DNA of 64,000 bases, from the NCBI GenBank assembly GCA_052386855.1, contig JBQTJT010000108.1, positions 2,340-66,339 on the forward strand, written 5' to 3'. The notes under the pieces are model-generated. The model saw only the letters and a list, made by a program, of their open reading frames with translations. It ran no database searches and had not been told where the DNA came from. Below, piece after piece: positions 22,311 through 34,318 of the stretch. The position numbers were made by a program, and so were the translations under genes. Origin of the DNA: Reyranella sp. (GTDB lineage: Bacteria > Pseudomonadota > Alphaproteobacteria > Reyranellales > Reyranellaceae). The number at the start of each line of letters is the position of its first letter. The first letter of the stretch is position 1.

Positions 22311-23341
22311 TGGATGCGCGTGCAGGCGACCATGGTGCCGCCGAACGACGGGATGAACGCCGAGTGCTTGCCCGGGCCGCCCGCCACGGTGATGTGTATG
22401 TCGTTCGAGGAACGGCCAATGCGCAGCCAGTCACCGTCGCGCTTGTGGCCGGTGGCCTCGTAGGTCTCCATGTTCTCCTTGGAGACGCGGCTGATATGGA
22501 CACGCGAGCGGGTCCACAGCTCCTCGCGGATGGTCTCGATGGTGAAGCCGTCGCGCTTCAAGGTCGCGGCGTGCTCCGGGCCGATGATGATGAACATCGG
22601 GCCTTTGCCGTAGATCGTGTTGGCGCCAGGATTGGCCATGCCGCCGGCGAAGGTCGTCAGCAGGCCATCACCCGTGGTCGAGCCGTGGTCGTTGAGGTTG
22701 TGCGGACCTTCACCGGACATCACCGTCACCACATTGTCGGTCGGCTTGAAGCCGCGCTGCACATGGTAGGGCGCCCAAGGGTTCTCTTCCTCGTTTTCGC
22801 CAAAACAGAAAGTGAACTTGGCGGGATTGCCCTGGGTCGAGCGATCCATCTCGCCGGGCTTGGCGCCGGCGATGTTGAGCAGCATCAGGCCGAGCGCGCG
22901 GCCGATCGTGGCGTTGGCCTGCCAGCCCTGGCCGAAGCAGTTGGAGCCGCAGTTGACGTTGAGCTCCTTGCGGATCGGTCCGCTGATCATGACCATCGGC
23001 GCGCAGGAATGCGTCGTGGCGAGCGTGCCGTGCAGGTTGAAGTCGGGTTCCAGCACGCTGCGCAGCGCGGCCGTTACCACCGGGAAGTATTCCGGCTTGC
23101 AGCCGGCCATGACGGCGTTGGCGGCCATCGCCTGGATGGTTGGCACGATCTGGCGCGGCGGCACGGGCGAGTAGGGCCGATTGTCGCCGCGCACCGTGTC
23201 GACGAACTTCGCCACCTTCGCCTCGGTCGGCACGAAGAGCGGCATGCCGTCGCTCCAGCCCTGTTGGGTGGCGAACTCGTTGAACGTCTCGACGTCCATG
23301 TCGCCGATGTCGATGACTTCCTGTTCGGCGATATCCGTCAT
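22307..23341 (-). CDS. conserved protein of unknown function, paralog A of the selenoprotein operon
   Basis: 344 aa. Blocks are DGMPLFVPT, EPDFNLHG, NCGSNCFGQG, ANATIGRAL and PAKFTFCF. Its start ATG 23341 overlaps the selenoprotein stop (ATGA). Confidence 0.7.
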   Translation of the reverse strand: MTDIAEQEVIDIGDMDVETFNEFATQQGWSDGMPLFVPTEAKVAKFVDTVRGDNRPYSPVPPRQIVPTIQAMAANAVMAGCKPEYFPVVTAALRSVLEPDFNLHGTLATTHSCAPMVMISGPIRKELNVNCGSNCFGQGWQANATIGRALGLMLLNIAGAKPGEMDRSTQGNPAKFTFCFGENEEENPWAPYHVQRGFKPTDNVVTVMSGEGPHNLNDHGSTTGDGLLTTFAGGMANPGANTIYGKGPMFIIIGPEHAATLKRDGFTIETIREELWTRSRVHISRVSKENMETYEATGHKRDGDWLRIGRSSNDIHITVAGGPGKHSAFIPSFGGTMVACTRIQ

Positions 23342-23856
23342 TGCTTCGTCGCCTCGAGAAGGCCCTTGGTCGCGGTTTCGATGCGCTCGCGCAGCTCCTC
23401 GGCGTTGAGACCGCCCACCGGGTGCTTCACGACGATAAGCTTGGGCTCGATCTTGCGGGCTTTCGCCTGGGCAAGCACGAGCGGCTTGAAGGTCTCAGTG
23501 GCGATCACGTAGGCCGTGATGCCGAGTTTCTCGAGTTCGATGCTGTCGTGGAAACTCCACGATGAGCAGGACCCTCAATCCCCTAGTGCAAGGAGCGCCG
23601 CGCGATACTTGGTGGCGACAGCCTGGATCAGTTCCTTGGGGGCGGCCTGGCTGGCGCTGTTCTTGGCGTGGAACTCGATGTTGTCGACGTTGCGGAAGGC
23701 GCTGAGCTTGGCCTTCATGCCCTCGAGCAGCTCGCGCGCATTCGGCTTGGAGTTCGACATGAGCGCGATCGCGTCGGTTGCCCAGTTGATCGGCTTCAGC
23801 GCGATCGTGGGGCCCGCGGCGGCCGCGAGACCAAAAGTCGGATTGATGATACGCAT
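23338..23856 (-). CDS. UGSC-motif selenoprotein, 172 aa, with in-frame UGA (23577..23575) read as selenocysteine
   Basis: The track ORF stops at TGA after ...KYRAALLALGD. The same frame continues GSCSSWSFHDSIELEKLGITAYVIATETFKPLVLAQAKARKIEPKLIVVKHPVGGLNAEELRERIETATKGLLEATKQ to TGA 23340..23338, which overlaps the next gene's ATG. The 237-nt tail has no start codon of its own. A hairpin follows the UGA. RBS GAGGAG lies before ATG 23856. Confidence 0.75.
23541..23568 (-). promoter_or_regulatory. candidate bacterial SECIS hairpin
   Basis: The mRNA reads UGA GGGUCC UGCU-CA-UCGUGGA-GUU-UCCACGA-C-AGCA. It has a perfect 7-bp upper stem with a G-U-containing apical loop starting 12 nt after the UGA, plus a 4-bp lower stem. 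Confidence 0.5.
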
Positions 23857-23868
23857 GATCGCTCCTCT

Positions 23869-24744
23869 TCAACTCGCTTTGGCCAGCGCCGCCACGACGG
23901 CCTTGGCGGCACGCTGGCCGTCGGCGATGGCGTCCGAGAGATAGGGACGTCCACCGGCCCGTACGTCGCCCGCGGCAAGGACCGAGGGCGCCGAGGTGCG
24001 GCCATCTTCATCGACCACGATATGCCCTGAGGCGTCGCGTGCAAGCGTTTCCGGCAGGAATTCCGCAGCGGGAGACTGGCCGACATAGACGAACACTGCG
24101 CTGGCCGGAACCGTGTTCCGCGCTGCTCCGGATTCAACCACGATGGACTGCAGGCCGTCGTTGCCCTCCAGGCCGACGATGCGGCCGTCGAGGAAGGTGA
24201 CGCCCTCGGGCTTCTCGTCCGGCGGCGATCCGATCACGGTGACCGATCCGGCAAGCGCGATCAGCTCCTGGGCTTCGAGGGCGGCCCAGCCTTCCGCGCC
24301 GGCGACCACGACCGGCAAGCCCGTGTAGAGAGGACCGTCGCAGGCAGCGCAGTGAGAGATGCCGCGGCCTTCGTATTCGTCTTCGTTGGCGAGACCAAGC
24401 CGGCCCTTGTTGAGGCCGGTCGCGACCACGACGGCGCGGGCGGTGTGGCGCTCGCCGTCGGCTGTCTCGATCGTCCACGGACCATTGCCGGAGAGCTTGG
24501 TCACTTCGCCGAAGCCGATTTCCACGCCAGCGACCACGGCGTCGTCGGTCAGGAGCGAGGCCATCTGTGTGCCAGTGAAGATCTCGTCGAAGTCGTGCAG
24601 TTCGCCAAGGTTGATCAGCACGCCGCCTGGGGCGAGCTTGTCGAGGCACAGGCACTTCAGGCCGGTGCGGGCGGCTTCGGTGGCGGCGGTGAGGCCGGCG
24701 GGGCCGGCACCGATGACGATGACGTCGTGGGAGGGCGTGTCCAT
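23869..24744 (-). CDS. thioredoxin-reductase-like FAD-dependent disulfide oxidoreductase lacking canonical NADPH-binding motifs
   Basis: Start is ATG 24744 (MDTPSHDVIVIGAGPAGLTAA). The redox motif is CAACDG (TrxB has CATCDG). GDV(R) lies near the C-terminus. The second dinucleotide motif reads VVVAGAEGWA where TrxB has VIGGGNTA, and HRRxxxR is absent. Confidence 0.85.
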   Translation of the reverse strand: MDTPSHDVIVIGAGPAGLTAATEAARTGLKCLCLDKLAPGGVLINLGELHDFDEIFTGTQMASLLTDDAVVAGVEIGFGEVTKLSGNGPWTIETADGERHTARAVVVATGLNKGRLGLANEDEYEGRGISHCAACDGPLYTGLPVVVAGAEGWAALEAQELIALAGSVTVIGSPPDEKPEGVTFLDGRIVGLEGNDGLQSIVVESGAARNTVPASAVFVYVGQSPAAEFLPETLARDASGHIVVDEDGRTSAPSVLAAGDVRAGGRPYLSDAIADGQRAAKAVVAALAKAS

Positions 24745-24800
24745 GGCGGCCACTAATCCGGATTCGCGATGCGAAGTGCAAGCGACTTGACTCGGCAGGC

Positions 24801-24829
24801 TTCCATACCTAGTTATGCTAGGTATGGAA
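24801..24829. promoter_or_regulatory. perfect 12-bp inverted repeat, candidate PadR operator
   Basis: TTCCATACCTAG-ttatg-CTAGGTATGGAA lies in the divergent intergenic region between the TrxR-like gene and padR. It abuts the padR RBS and start. Confidence 0.5.
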
Positions 24830-24835
24830 GCCGAA

Positions 24836-25162
24836 ATGCTCAAAGGGCACCTCGATGCCATCGTCCTCGCCGCGCTGGAAGTCGGGCCGGCACACGGCTA
24901 CGCCATTATAGAAACCATTAAACGCTGCAGCACTGACACTTTCGACCTGCCGGAGGGCACCATCTATCCGGCGCTTCATCGCCTGGAAGAGGCTGGCCTG
25001 CTCTCGAGCGCGTGGACGGTCCCGCCTGGCGGCCGTCGCCGCCGCATGTATTCGCTGACCAAGGCGGGCTCGGCAGCCCTTGCGGATCGCCGCAAGGCGT
25101 GGGGCCGGTTCTCGCAAGCCATCAATGCGCTGCTTGGGGGAGGCCGCGCATGGCCGGCATGA
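24836..25162 (+). CDS. PadR family transcriptional regulator
   Basis: Contains MLKGHLDAIVLAALEVGPAHGYAIIETI and EGTIYPALHRLEEAGLLSS. I prefer ATG 24836, which lies 5 nt after GGAAG. In-frame alternatives are 24815 and 24824. Confidence 0.85.
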   Translation: MLKGHLDAIVLAALEVGPAHGYAIIETIKRCSTDTFDLPEGTIYPALHRLEEAGLLSSAWTVPPGGRRRRMYSLTKAGSAALADRRKAWGRFSQAINALLGGGRAWPA

Positions 25163-25767
25163 TCGAACAATATGTCGCCGCCTTGCGGCGCGACCTCGAC
25201 TTTGATCCGGACCTCGCCGAGCGCCTCGCAGAGGAGGTCGAAGCGCATTTGCGCGATGCGGCCGAGGCCGACCCGGCGTGGCCGTCGCCCGAAGCCGAGC
25301 GGCGCGCCATCGCCCGCTTCGGTCTTGCCCGCGAGATAGTCGCCCAGTCGGCGTCCGATGCCATCGCCCGTCAAGCGAGGCGGAGCTGGATCATGCTGGC
25401 CGCCACGGTCGCGGTGACCTTCATCGCGATGCGGCTCCGAGTGATGTGGCTCGACGATCTCGGCGGTTCGGTATCGGCGCTGGCGCCGCTGATCGACCGC
25501 TACGCCTTCATCGCGGCACTCCTGGTCGGCATGGTCGGCTGGTTTGCCTTCCGGCACTCGGTGCTGCCCTTGGCAGTCTGCCTTGCGGGTCTGGCGGCGT
25601 CGATTGCCGCCGGCATCGCGCGTGCCGGCCTGTTTGTCGACGGCGCACCGCTGCATGTGCTGTTGCCCGCCGCTGGCGAGATCGCGTTGATCGGTCTGCT
25701 GTCATGGCAGGTCTTCGGCCTGTACCGGCGCCAGCGACGCACTGTAACTCTGAGGAGGGCAGGATGA
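25150..25767 (+). CDS. PadR-associated membrane protein, hypothetical
   Basis: Soluble N-terminus (MAGMIEQYVAALRRDLDFDPDLAERLAEEVEAHLRD) followed by about 4 TM helices. The alternative start ATG 25159 overlaps the padR stop as ATGA. Confidence 0.6.
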   Translation: MAGMIEQYVAALRRDLDFDPDLAERLAEEVEAHLRDAAEADPAWPSPEAERRAIARFGLAREIVAQSASDAIARQARRSWIMLAATVAVTFIAMRLRVMWLDDLGGSVSALAPLIDRYAFIAALLVGMVGWFAFRHSVLPLAVCLAGLAASIAAGIARAGLFVDGAPLHVLLPAAGEIALIGLLSWQVFGLYRRQRRTVTLRRAG

Positions 25768-26369
25768 TGGCCGGATGGCGATTGGTCGGAATCCTCTCGT
25801 TCCTGGTGGCGGCAATGGCCGCCGGGCTGGTCATCAGCCACGGCGGTGACGTCGAGGGCATGCGCGTCGCCATCCGCGCCACGGCCCGGACCTCGCTGGT
25901 GCTCTTCGTCATGGCGTTCACCGCAAGCGCGCTGGTCGAGTTGTTGCCCAGCGAGGCAACACGCTGGCAACGCCGCAACCGCCGCTATCTCGGCGTCTCC
26001 TTCGCCGTCTCGCATTTCATCCATCTTGGCGTGATCCTGGCACTTGCGTCGGTCGATCAGGTGTTGTTCTGGCAACTCACCAATATCTCGACGATCGTGC
26101 TGGCCGGCTCGGCCTACCTGTTCATCGCCGCGATGGCGGTGACCTCGTTCGACCGCACGGCAGCCTGGCTCGGTCCGCGCAAGTGGCGGCTGCTGCACCT
26201 CATCGGTGGCTGGTACATCTGGATCAGCTTCGCCATCGCCGTCGGCAAGCGGGTGCCGCTCGACCGCTTCTACTGGCCCATGGCGGCGCTCGTGCTGGCT
26301 GCCGCCATCGTGCGGCTGCTCGCGATGTTCCGGCGTGGCCGCCGGCAGGCCGTCATCAGCGCCTCCTAA
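25764..26369 (+). CDS. ferric-reductase-like (YedZ/MsrQ-like) transmembrane domain protein
   Basis: ATG 25764 overlaps the upstream stop (ATGA) and follows GAGGAGGG. It has about 6 TM helices. RRYLGVSFAVSHFIHLGV and WRLLHLIGGWYIW resemble the heme-b histidine helices of this domain. Confidence 0.55.
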   Translation: MMAGWRLVGILSFLVAAMAAGLVISHGGDVEGMRVAIRATARTSLVLFVMAFTASALVELLPSEATRWQRRNRRYLGVSFAVSHFIHLGVILALASVDQVLFWQLTNISTIVLAGSAYLFIAAMAVTSFDRTAAWLGPRKWRLLHLIGGWYIWISFAIAVGKRVPLDRFYWPMAALVLAAAIVRLLAMFRRGRRQAVISAS

Positions 26370-26500
26370 GGCCCTCCTCCTGCAGTCCGTCGTGACGACG
26401 GCGATATGGTCCGCGATTTGCTCGTAGACCAAGAACGCCGGTACATTGGCGGCCAAGACCCGGAACCGTCGTCGGTCACAGGGCAGGGGAAAGCAGGGGC

Positions 26501-27415
<915 letters not shown>

Positions 27416-27419
27416 ACGC

Positions 27420-28831
<1,412 letters not shown>

Positions 28832-28835
<4 letters not shown>

Positions 28836-29645
28836 ACGCGCCGCAAAGCCCGCCTCTCATCGATGTCGAGCATCTCACAATGCGCTTCGGCGGCCTGCTG
28901 GCGGTCGACGATGTCTCCTTTGCGGCCCGTCCGCGCGAGATCACCGCCATCATCGGCCCCAATGGCGCCGGCAAGACCACGGTCTTCAACTGCATCACCG
29001 GCTTCTACAAGCCGACCGTCGGGCGCCTGACGCTGCGCGGTGGCGATCGCGACTACCTGCTGGAGCGCATGCTGGGTCACGAAGTCGGTCAGCGGGCGAA
29101 GGTTGCGCGCACCTTCCAGAACATCCGCCTGTTCCCGGGCATGACGGTGCTGGAGAACCTGATGGTGGCGCAGCACAACAAGCTGATGCGCGCCTCCGGC
29201 TGGAGCGTGTTCGGTCTGTTGGGGCTGAGGAGCTATCGCCAGGCCGAGGAAGCCGGCGTCGAACTGGCGCGCGGTTGGCTCGAACGGATCGAGTTGCTCG
29301 ACGACGCCGACCGTCCGGCCGGCGAACTGCCCTATGGCGCCCAGCGCCGGCTCGAGATCGCCCGCGCCATGTGCACCGAGCCCCGGCTGCTCTGTCTCGA
29401 CGAGCCGGCCGCGGGTCTCAATCCCCGCGAGTCGGCACAGCTCAACCAGCTCCTGGTCTCGATCCGCGACCGCGACGGCGTCGGCATGCTGCTGATCGAG
29501 CACGACATGAGCGTGGTCATGAACATCTCCAACCACGTCGTCGTGCTCGACTACGGCCGCAAGATCGCCGAAGGCAGCCCAGGCGAGGTACAGGACGATC
29601 CCGCCGTGATCCGCGCCTATCTCGGCACCGACGACGAGGCGATCG

Positions 29646-29653
<8 letters not shown>
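28832..29653 (+). CDS. livG: branched-chain amino acid ABC transporter ATP-binding protein
   Basis: Walker [10 protein letters not shown], signature [10 protein letters not shown] and Walker [11 protein letters not shown]. It overlaps livM. Confidence 0.9.
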
Positions 29654-30370
<717 letters not shown>

Positions 30371-30374
<4 letters not shown>

Positions 30375-30733
30375 GCCCACTCGACACCTTCATGTTCGAC
30401 TGGTTCGGCGACACGCTGTTCAACGTGCTGCTGTTCAACCTGGTGGTGATCGGGCCGGCGTCGTTCGCCGCCGGTCATGCCGTCGCCACGACCTGGCGCC
30501 ATTGGGCCCAGATGGTGTTTTACACCGGGCTTCTTTCGGCGACGCTGCGCTTTCTCGACTATGCCCTGGCGGGTGGGGAATTGTGGTCGGTGGCCGGTTT
30601 TTTGCTGGGCTGGGGCGTCCAGATGGCGATCGGCGCCTTCGCCTACCGCCTGACGCAGACACGGCAGATGGTCCGGCAGTATCCCTGGCTCTACCAGCGC
30701 AAAGGCTTGCTGGGCTGGGAGGAGCGGCACTAA
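30371..30733 (+). CDS. small integral membrane protein embedded in the liv operon
   Basis: 120 aa and 3-4 TM helices. Its start overlaps the livF stop, and it is followed by the binding-protein gene. Confidence 0.6.
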
Positions 30734-30785
30734 TCTAGCGGCAATGCTCCACATCCGTGGAGGGGCCCAAACAGGGGAGACAAGC

Positions 30786-31898
30786 ATGAAGAAAACCTAC
30801 GGTATGCTCGCCGTCGCAGCGATCGCCCTGATGGCGACGCCGGCGCTGGCGCAAATCAAGATCGGAACCGCCGGCCCGATGACCGGCTCGAACGCCGCGT
30901 TCGGCGAACAGCTCAAGCGTGGCGCCGAGATGGCCGTCCAGGACATCAACGCCGCCGGCGGCGTGAACGGCCAGAAGCTCCAGCTCATCATCGGCGACGA
31001 CGCCTGCGATCCCAAGCAGGCGACGGCCGTTGCCAACAAGATGGTGTCGGACAAGGTCGCGTTCGTCGCCGGGCACTTCTGCTCGGGCTCGTCGATCCCG
31101 GCGTCGGACATCTACAAGGAAGGCAAGATCCTGCAGATCACGCCGGCTTCGACCAATCCCAGGCTCACCGACGATGCCGCGACCAAGGGCAACACCACGG
31201 TGTTCCGCACCTGCGGCCGTGACGACGTCCAGGGCGCCACGGTCGGCGCCTACATCAACAAGTTCCACAAGGGCGCCAAGGTCGCGATCCTTCAAGACAA
31301 GTCGCCCTACGGCAAAGGCGTGGCCGACGAGACCAAGAAGGCCCTGAACAAGTTCGGCATCCGCGAGACGATGTACGAGGCCTACAACGACACCGACAAG
31401 GACTTCTCCGCGCTGATCAACAAGATGAAGCAGGCGAAGATCGACATCATCGTTCTCGGTGGTTACCACACCGCGGGCGCGCTGATCATCAAGCAGGCGC
31501 GCGAGCAGGGCCTGGCGGCGCAGATGATGGGCTTCGACTCGCTCGAGACCGCCGAGTTCGCCCAGCTGGGCGGCGCGGCGACCAACGGCGTGCTGATGTC
31601 GTTCCCGCCCAAGGCCGAGGACGACCCGAAGAATGCCGCGTTGGTGAAGAAGTTCCTCGACGCCAAGTACACTCCCGAGGGCTACACGCTGTTCAGCTAC
31701 GCCGCCGTCAAGGTGTGGGCCGATGCCGCCAACAAGGCGAAGTCGATCGATGCCGCCGCTGTTGCCGCCGCGTTGCGCGGGGGCAAGTACGACTCGGCTG
31801 TCGGCGCCCTCGAGTTCGACGCCAAGGGTGACATCAAGAACGCGGTCTACGACATCTACGTCTGGAAGGACGGCAAGTCGTTCCCGACCGTCAAGTAG
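30786..31898 (+). CDS. branched-chain amino acid ABC transporter substrate-binding protein
   Basis: ATG 30786 gives a signal peptide, MKKTYGMLAVAAIALMATPALAQ. The rest has a LivJ/K-type fold (IKIGTAGPMTGSNAAFG). Confidence 0.9.
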   Translation: MKKTYGMLAVAAIALMATPALAQIKIGTAGPMTGSNAAFGEQLKRGAEMAVQDINAAGGVNGQKLQLIIGDDACDPKQATAVANKMVSDKVAFVAGHFCSGSSIPASDIYKEGKILQITPASTNPRLTDDAATKGNTTVFRTCGRDDVQGATVGAYINKFHKGAKVAILQDKSPYGKGVADETKKALNKFGIRETMYEAYNDTDKDFSALINKMKQAKIDIIVLGGYHTAGALIIKQAREQGLAAQMMGFDSLETAEFAQLGGAATNGVLMSFPPKAEDDPKNAALVKKFLDAKYTPEGYTLFSYAAVKVWADAANKAKSIDAAAVAAALRGGKYDSAVGALEFDAKGDIKNAVYDIYVWKDGKSFPTVK

Positions 31899-31915
31899 GC
31901 CTCGCGACCTGACAG

Positions 31916-31948
31916 GAAAGGCCCGGCGTATGCCGGGCCTTTCTCTTT
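31916..31948 (+). terminator. intrinsic terminator after the liv operon
   Basis: GAAAGGCCCGGC-gtat-GCCGGGCCTTTC forms a 12-bp stem, followed by TCTTT. Confidence 0.7.
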
Positions 31949-32057
31949 AGGATTCAGTGTCTTGTGGCTCGCTTTCCACGATTTTGGGGGCTGGTAGCGC
32001 GGCCACCCCGGATATGGTATCCGGGGTCTCAACAGCTAGAGGGGATCGATCGTCGAG

Positions 32058-32498
32058 ATGGCGGGGGCCACCATCGCGGTCGCGTCGGATCATGCCGGCT
32101 TCGACCTGAAGGAACTGCTCAAGCGTGACCTGCAGCAAGCGGGCCACGACGTGCTCGACCTCGGCACAAATTCCACCGAATCCGTCGACTATCCCGACTT
32201 CGGCAAGGCCATGGCCGAGGCGATCGGCTCGGGCAAGGTGGCGCGCGGCGTCCTGGTCTGCGGCACCGGCATCGGCATTTCGATCGCCGCCAACCGCCAT
32301 CCCAAGGTGCGGGCCGCCCTCGTGCACGATGTTACCTCGGCCAAGCTGTCGCGGGAGCACAACGACGCCAACGTCGTGGCCTTTGGTGCGCGTCTGATCG
32401 GGACGGAGACTGCGCGCGAGGCGTTGAAGGTTTTTCTGGATACTGAGTGGGCCGGCGGCCGGCATGCCGGTCGCGTCGCCAAGCTTTCGAAGGACTGA
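32058..32498 (+). CDS. rpiB: ribose 5-phosphate isomerase B
   Basis: Contains [14 protein letters not shown] and [22 protein letters not shown]. Confidence 0.9.
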   Translation: MAGATIAVASDHAGFDLKELLKRDLQQAGHDVLDLGTNSTESVDYPDFGKAMAEAIGSGKVARGVLVCGTGIGISIAANRHPKVRAALVHDVTSAKLSREHNDANVVAFGARLIGTETAREALKVFLDTEWAGGRHAGRVAKLSKD

Positions 32499-32503
32499 AC
32501 GAG

Positions 32504-33811
<1,308 letters not shown>

Positions 33812-33846
33812 CAACGCGCAAAGACAGAAAATAACAGGGGGACTAA

Positions 33847-34314
33847 ATGCGCTGTCCATTCTGCGGTCACGAGGACACTCAGGTTAAGGACTCGAGACCG
33901 ACCGACGACAATTCAGCGATCCGCCGCCGGCGCTACTGCCCGTCGTGCGGCTCGCGTTTCACCACCTTCGAGCGCGTGCAGCTGCGCGAGCTCACGGTCG
34001 TGAAGAAGAACGGCCAGCGCGTGCAGTTCGACCGCGACAAGCTTGCGCGTTCGATCTCGGTGGCCTGCCGCAAGCGGCCGGTCGACCCCGAGCGCGTCGA
34101 GCGCGTGGTCAACGGCATCGTGCGGCGCCTCGAAAGCTCCGGCGAGAGCGAGATTCCCTCGACCCAGATCGGCGAGCTGGTGATGGACGCGCTGCGCGCG
34201 CTCGATCCGGTGGCCTATGTGCGGTTCGCCTCGGTCTATCGCAATTTCCGCGAGGCCCGGGACTTCGAGGAGTTCATCTCCGATCTCGCCGAGACGGCCA
34301 GCCTCAAGGACTGA
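33847..34314 (+). CDS. nrdR: transcriptional repressor NrdR
   Basis: Zinc ribbon [17 protein letters not shown]...[16 protein letters not shown] plus an ATP-cone domain. Confidence 0.95.
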   Translation: MRCPFCGHEDTQVKDSRPTDDNSAIRRRRYCPSCGSRFTTFERVQLRELTVVKKNGQRVQFDRDKLARSISVACRKRPVDPERVERVVNGIVRRLESSGESEIPSTQIGELVMDALRALDPVAYVRFASVYRNFREARDFEEFISDLAETASLKD

Positions 34315-34318
34315 CGCG

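Noticed and set aside
23575-23577. I considered treating the TGA as a genuine stop, giving a 93-aa protein, or as a nonsense mutation, giving a pseudogene of a Cys-containing homolog.
   Set aside because: The downstream 234 nt stay in frame with good codon usage and have no independent start or RBS. They end in an ATGA overlap with the next gene. The TGA falls at the first position of a UxxC motif and is followed by a well-placed hairpin. A recent TGC-to-TGA pseudogene cannot be fully excluded without checking the genome for Sec machinery.
23495-23872. A 125-aa ORF on the minus strand, in another frame, spans the selenoprotein gene.
   Set aside because: It has an Arg/Gly/His-rich shadow-frame composition. 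It overlaps both the TrxR-like stop region and the better-supported selenoprotein frame, and it has no RBS.
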